Shown: positions 59,107 to 64,000 of the stretch, piece by piece | Layout of the letters: every line of letters starts with the position of its first letter | How positions within the stretch are numbered: position 1 is the first letter of the stretch | Source of the DNA: Candidatus Obscuribacterales bacterium | GTDB taxonomy: Bacteria > Cyanobacteriota > Vampirovibrionia > Obscuribacterales > Obscuribacteraceae | Direction: 5' to 3' | Assembly: GCA_965228855.1 (NCBI GenBank) | Contig: CBDDIJ010000003.1 | Span: forward strand, 2,976,001 to 3,040,000 | DNA: 64,000 nt | Position numbers and translations under genes: made by a program | The notes under the pieces: generated by a model | Seen by the model: only the letters and a program-made list of their open reading frames with translations | Told to the model about the DNA's origin: nothing | The model's database searches: none

Positions 59107-61293
59107 ATGGCCGATTTCGTACTTCGACCGAGCAAACAGAAAACGATTATGCGCTGCCTGCTTCTGGCCTCGCCGATCTTCCTTTTCCACCCGCTGATGC
59201 AATTTATGCAAGGCATCCTGGTTCCAGGTCTGCCTCCCGTGCCGTACGTATTCAATCTGTGGATTATGGGGGCACCATACATCTATTTCTTCGCGCTTTT
59301 GTCATGCTTCTTCGAGCGCATTCGCATAAAGGACGGCAATCTCGAGTACGGTCTGCTTGGACTGGAAAAGGTTCCGCTCTCTCGTATCGCGGAGGTTGGC
59401 GGAGATGAAGGCGATGTCGGCAATGACTTCAACGAAAGCATACTCATCAAATTTGACAGCAAGGACTCTACAAAAGGGCTTGTTCTGCCGATCAAAGCAT
59501 ATGATGAACACGAACTGCGAGCCTTCCTGAATACGCTTCGCGAGCAGAATCCAGCCGGAGAATACACGTATCAGGACGTAATTCCATTCGAATCACGCGG
59601 TCTAATCCGTTTTCTCTCGAGCATGAACGATTCAGATTCGCTGATTGTAAAACTGAGCAAGACACCGATGGAAGATGCCATCATCAACCTGGTGAAAGGG
59701 CACGAACGCATTTTCTGGTTTGCCTATCTGGTGTTCTGGCTGCTCGTGTTGTTCTCCGCATCATACTACTGCATCTTGTTCAATGAGAGTTGGTCGCAGA
59801 ACATGGTCACGCCAGTCTGGGACACCTCGCAAGACACCAGACGAGCAGCGGTTTTTCTGGACGCCGCTCAGAGAAATCCAGATTCTAATTGGTTCGACCT
59901 CATCTTTGCTAATGTCGGTCTGGCATATGCTGTTGGAGTCGACTTTATTGCCACAAGCGGTTTAGCGACACTGATATCGGTTTGGTCGCTGGGTGCCTTC
60001 ATGATGGCGGTCGTATTGCCTATTGCAAAGTTGTTGTCTCCCACCTATTTGTTTATCGACTCAAAATCCATCGGTATGCGCGAGCACTTCTACCAATGGC
60101 AAAGCGTGACCGAAGTGACACTCGAGAAGATAGGCGTGATGGGCGATCCGCTAGAAGGACGCTTAGTAATGTCAACCACCTCCGGAGCGCGTTTCAACTT
60201 CGACTTGACCACTGTGCCCGATGTGCAAAAGCGTCAACGCATCTTGCGCCTCGTTGATAGATACGCTGTCAATGCGACTTTCAATGGTGAGTTTATGCGG
60301 ACGACGAACATGCTGGTAGACATTCAGTTCACCGACCTATGGCTGGAAGAGCAGGGAGAAACCTCGAAAGTCGAAGCGACGGCGGAAGTCGACACGCTCG
60401 GAAAAGGGCTCTACAAGATAGACTCGATGCTGGGGTACGGAGGGCAGGGTGTAACGTACCTGGCATCGCTTGCCACTGCCGGCGGTGATGGTTTCAATTC
60501 AAGAAACGAACAGGTCGTGATCAAAGAGTTGGTTTTGCCCAATTATGCGGATGTTCGAATAATGCAAGATGCGACCAGTCGCTTTGAGCGCGGCGCCAGC
60601 TTACTGAAGGAGCTTGGACATCCCAAGGTCGTCAAGCTCATCGACTCATTCTTGGAAAACGGGAAGGCGTATCTTGTGATGGAGTATGTGCAGGGCGAGA
60701 CATTGCGCGACTTTATCGAGAAACGCGGCGCGATGCCATTCACCGAGGCAAAACAGCTCGGACTGCAGCTCTGCGAAATTTTGGAATACCTGCACGAACG
60801 AGAAACGCCTGTGATTCACTGCGACTTCGCACCGGACAATTTGATTATTACTCCCAGCGGAGAAGTTAAGCTTATCGACTTTGACGTCGCGCGAGTGGTC
60901 GACAACAAGGCGCATACGTTTATAGCAGGTCGACCGTCTTACACTCCGCCGGAGCAGTTTCGCGGTCAGCCGACCACTCAAAGCGATTTGTTTGCACTGG
61001 GTGCCATTCTTCATTACCTGATTCAGGGTAAAGATCCACCGCCATTGTGCGCGGGCAGCAGCGATGAAGAAACAGTTTGGAACTCAACAGGGGTAGAAGA
61101 ATTGATTCAGCAATGCTGTCAATTCGAAGCAGGAGATCGACCTGGCTCCGCTCGCGAAATCAAAGAATCGCTTTTGAGATGCGAGATTCAATTTGGACAC
61201 GATGGTACAAACGCTCCTACCGTCAGCGTCTCGGTCGAAGAAGAAGCCTCGCACCGATTACACGTTCCACAACGTGTAGAGGAGAACGCATAA
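59107..61293 (+). CDS. Membrane Ser/Thr protein kinase with multi-TM N-terminus
   Basis: LGYGGQG, VVIKE, IHCDFAPDN, IDFD, YTPPEQ and SDLFALG motifs. Confidence 0.88.
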   Translation: MADFVLRPSKQKTIMRCLLLASPIFLFHPLMQFMQGILVPGLPPVPYVFNLWIMGAPYIYFFALLSCFFERIRIKDGNLEYGLLGLEKVPLSRIAEVGGDEGDVGNDFNESILIKFDSKDSTKGLVLPIKAYDEHELRAFLNTLREQNPAGEYTYQDVIPFESRGLIRFLSSMNDSDSLIVKLSKTPMEDAIINLVKGHERIFWFAYLVFWLLVLFSASYYCILFNESWSQNMVTPVWDTSQDTRRAAVFLDAAQRNPDSNWFDLIFANVGLAYAVGVDFIATSGLATLISVWSLGAFMMAVVLPIAKLLSPTYLFIDSKSIGMREHFYQWQSVTEVTLEKIGVMGDPLEGRLVMSTTSGARFNFDLTTVPDVQKRQRILRLVDRYAVNATFNGEFMRTTNMLVDIQFTDLWLEEQGETSKVEATAEVDTLGKGLYKIDSMLGYGGQGVTYLASLATAGGDGFNSRNEQVVIKELVLPNYADVRIMQDATSRFERGASLLKELGHPKVVKLIDSFLENGKAYLVMEYVQGETLRDFIEKRGAMPFTEAKQLGLQLCEILEYLHERETPVIHCDFAPDNLIITPSGEVKLIDFDVARVVDNKAHTFIAGRPSYTPPEQFRGQPTTQSDLFALGAILHYLIQGKDPPPLCAGSSDEETVWNSTGVEELIQQCCQFEAGDRPGSAREIKESLLRCEIQFGHDGTNAPTVSVSVEEEASHRLHVPQRVEENA

Positions 61294-61295
61294 CG

Positions 61296-62765
61296 ATGGT
61301 CGATAGAGCCAACGCTAAAACCGCAGTAATCAAATACGAGAGCCCATCAGCGTTATCAAGTCGACGCCTGGCTGTAGTGGCGACGGCAATTCTAATAGTG
61401 GTGTTTCCTCTTCCCGTTCTTTATCCTTTATGTGTTCCAATAATCGCTGGATTGCCAGTTGCAATTTTATTGCTGCTGTCCATTTTATCTGCGGCATTTT
61501 TCGCAATTACGTTTTACGCCTATAAGATCAACAGAAACACGCGTCTGGTGCTGACAGACACGGGCATCGTACTTCCGGCAAAGGGCGGCGAGTTATCCAA
61601 CGATATCATTCCCTGGTCAAAAGTGGAACGCATCGAAGTCACCACACCTGGTGGCACACAACCGAACGCCGCGAACAAAATCGGAAGCATAATATTTTCA
61701 TTGCGTGGCTGGACGCCGATAATTTTAAAACTTTCCTCGCTGGGAAATGAAGACCTGGACAAGCTTGTCAGTGCATGCGAACTGTGGGCAGAGAAAGAGG
61801 CGAAGGATGAAACGTTCAAACGGCTCGTCGAGAGCGTTACTTTGAAACGCCGAGATACAGAGGATTCGAGTTTCACTGCACTCTGGCTGGAGGAGGCGCA
61901 GCGACGCCTTTCGACAACGCCGTTTACCCCGCTGGAACCCGGAGCGCAGCTCCAATCGGGCAGGTGCAAGGTCGTTCAACCGCTGACCGCCGGCGGATGG
62001 TCTGCAATTTATCTTTGCCAGTGGCAAGAGCGCACCTCCGCGATTTTGAAAGAAGCAGTCGTGCCGCCATCCGCCAAAGACGAATTGAAAGCGAAGGCGT
62101 ACCAGCATTTTGAGCGCGAAGCAGTTCTCCTCTCTGGTCTAGACCACCCTCAGATCGCAAAGGTCATGGACTATTTTATTGAGAACGGCAGACAGTATAT
62201 GGTTTTGCAAAGAATAAGCGGAGCCAACCTGCGAACCTACATTCGTGACCGCGGTGCGGTTTCAGAGAGGCAAGCATGCAAATGGGCAAATGAGTTGCTC
62301 ACAATTGTTTCGTACCTGCACAGTCAAAACCCGCAAATAGTCCACCGCGATTTGACGCCGGAGAATCTTGTTCTGGACATGCGCGGCTCGCTGGTTCTGA
62401 TCGACTTCGGTTCTGCCAATGAATTTGTCGGCACGGTTACCGGAACTCTGGTCGGAAAACCCTCTTATATTTCCCCCGAACAATTCTCCGGGCACGCCAA
62501 GCCCCAGAGCGATCTTTATTCGATAGGCGCGGTTTTATCCTTCATTCTTACCGGCAAGGATCCGGAACCACTTACGGTGGCAAGTCCGAGAGAACAAAAT
62601 TCGCTGGTTAGCGAACCGCTCAGCAAACTTATCGAAGAGATGACGCAACTTGATGTAAAAAAACGCACTCAAAGCGCCGAGGATGCAATGGCGAAACTAG
62701 CGGAAATAACCAGTGCCATACTCGAAGTCGACGATATCAGAGAGACGACCCAGACTTCAGGTTGA
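61296..62765 (+). CDS. Membrane Ser/Thr protein kinase
   Basis: Two TM segments; ILKE, VHRDLTPEN, IDFG, YISPEQ and SDLYSIG motifs. Confidence 0.92.
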   Translation: MVDRANAKTAVIKYESPSALSSRRLAVVATAILIVVFPLPVLYPLCVPIIAGLPVAILLLLSILSAAFFAITFYAYKINRNTRLVLTDTGIVLPAKGGELSNDIIPWSKVERIEVTTPGGTQPNAANKIGSIIFSLRGWTPIILKLSSLGNEDLDKLVSACELWAEKEAKDETFKRLVESVTLKRRDTEDSSFTALWLEEAQRRLSTTPFTPLEPGAQLQSGRCKVVQPLTAGGWSAIYLCQWQERTSAILKEAVVPPSAKDELKAKAYQHFEREAVLLSGLDHPQIAKVMDYFIENGRQYMVLQRISGANLRTYIRDRGAVSERQACKWANELLTIVSYLHSQNPQIVHRDLTPENLVLDMRGSLVLIDFGSANEFVGTVTGTLVGKPSYISPEQFSGHAKPQSDLYSIGAVLSFILTGKDPEPLTVASPREQNSLVSEPLSKLIEEMTQLDVKKRTQSAEDAMAKLAEITSAILEVDDIRETTQTSG

Positions 62766-62890
62766 TAGCCTGAACGTCATGTCGCTTCAATTAGAGGAGC
62801 TAAAGCGGTTCTCTAAAATTGAAAAGGTTGGGAATCGAGGCGCTGGTTCATAAACGCCGCTTTAAGCGTGCGCGATTGAAACTTCGTACA

Positions 62891-63685
62891 ATGGCTCGCA
62901 TGAACTCATTAGTACAGACGGTCCTCATTTTCTCAGCGGTCGCAATTTGCGCCATTCCAATTACCGCTGCGGCGCTGCAAAAATATTCTGGAAAAGTAAT
63001 TACGCTGATGACCAAACTGGATCCAAAGCAAATAGTTTCGTCCGCAAAGAAACAAAAGCCGAGAAGATCGGTCGAGGAGGCTGTCAAGGCATACGGTACT
63101 GCGGCTAGAACGCGCGTCCGTCCCGCATTTAAAACAGCCGGCGTCACGTATCCACCATCGAATATCACGCTTGTCGGTTTGAAGGAAGAGAAACTTTTAT
63201 TCGTCCTTGCCCCGGACCCGGACGGCAATCTAAAGAAAGTGGTGGCTTACCCAATTCTTGCCGCCAGCGGCGAGCCGGGGCCGAAACTCATGCAAGGCGA
63301 TTTCCAGGTGCCTGAAGGTTTCTACAAAATTGAGCTATTTAATCCAAACTCGGCATATCATCTATCGCTCAGAGTCAATTATCCAAACGCCGAAGACCGG
63401 GCGCACGCAGCCAGGGATAAGCGGTCGAATCTTGGCGGCGACATAATGATTCACGGAAACGCAGTTTCGATCGGCTGCCTGGCAATTGGTGACGAGCCTA
63501 TCGAGGAACTTTTTGTACTCTTGCACGACACAGGACTCGAGAATGTGAAAGTAATTCTCGCGCCTAGCGATTTGACGAGGAAAGCATCAGGGGTGGATTT
63601 CAAAGTTCAACCCGATTGGCTGCCCGCTCTTTACAAACGATTGAAGAAATCGCTGTCGGCATTGCCTCCGCTGACGGAGGATTAG
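62891..63685 (+). CDS. L,D-transpeptidase family (YkuD-fold, YafK/LdtF-like) protein
   Basis: GPKLMQGDFQVPEGFY, YHLSLRVNYPN and IMIHGNAVSIGC motifs. Confidence 0.9.
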   Translation: MARMNSLVQTVLIFSAVAICAIPITAAALQKYSGKVITLMTKLDPKQIVSSAKKQKPRRSVEEAVKAYGTAARTRVRPAFKTAGVTYPPSNITLVGLKEEKLLFVLAPDPDGNLKKVVAYPILAASGEPGPKLMQGDFQVPEGFYKIELFNPNSAYHLSLRVNYPNAEDRAHAARDKRSNLGGDIMIHGNAVSIGCLAIGDEPIEELFVLLHDTGLENVKVILAPSDLTRKASGVDFKVQPDWLPALYKRLKKSLSALPPLTED

Positions 63686-63771
63686 TGACCGTGCGCCGCT
63701 CGTCCGTTAAAAACTGAAGAGCCGAACTCTTTCGAATCCGGCTCATGGTGCAATCGAGTAGGTGCTAAACC

Positions 63772-64000
63772 TTATACTTTGACGCTCAATTGAGTGAGCT
63801 TGTCGCCGACAAATGCCAGGAGAGATCCAAGAACGCTCTGTTTCGATTCTGGACCTTCAGTTTCCTGAACCCATCCGTGTCTGAGTTCTGCGCCTTTGAT
63901 TTCCTTGCGCTTAACTCCATGACGGCTCTTCAAAAGAACGTGTCCTGAGGTCCTTTTGGCTTTCTTTACCTTCGTAGTCGCATTGTACTGTTCGGAACTC
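63772..64000 (-). CDS. 3' end of a gene that continues beyond the window
   Basis: Open frame from the window edge to TAA at 63772 (...HGWVQETEGPESKQSVLGSLLAFVGDKLTQLSVKV*). Confidence 0.5.
   Translation of the reverse strand, partial: SSEQYNATTKVKKAKRTSGHVLLKSRHGVKRKEIKGAELRHGWVQETEGPESKQSVLGSLLAFVGDKLTQLSVKV

Overview
Gene-dense bacterial chromosomal window with no rRNA, tRNA, CRISPR array or recognisable mobile element. The gene content (many exported TPR proteins, membrane Ser/Thr kinases, DUF4388/PATAN-like proteins, giant beta-helix-like exoproteins) resembles non-photosynthetic Cyanobacteriota (Melainabacteria/Obscuribacterales); this is an inference, not a database result. Recognisable genes: qor, proC, hmgA, a PlsC-type acyltransferase, a nucleoside deaminase, an OmpR/HisKA pair, a P-II protein, an HI0933 flavoprotein, a Zn-ADH, dapL and an L,D-transpeptidase. 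The most notable feature is a pair of paralogous giant G/T/S/N-rich exoproteins (about 4200 and 1720 aa). They lack TPS or autotransporter signatures, share an NVTITADPP Asp-Pro boundary motif, and end in a ~170-aa C-terminal domain that also occurs in a stand-alone exported protein 14 kb away. A TMTC-like GT-C glycosyltransferase lies between them. Other points: a diverged 56-bp duplicate of the giant gene's 3' end; an unnamed N-terminal domain shared by an MshEN-like protein and a degenerate-GGDEF protein; an A-B-B'-A' exported TPR cluster with D6W tails; an orphan PglX-like methyltransferase; a catalytically dead signal-peptidase-TPR fusion; a P-II with a short T-loop; and an unannotated 44-aa Cys peptide. 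All family assignments come from motif recognition by eye.
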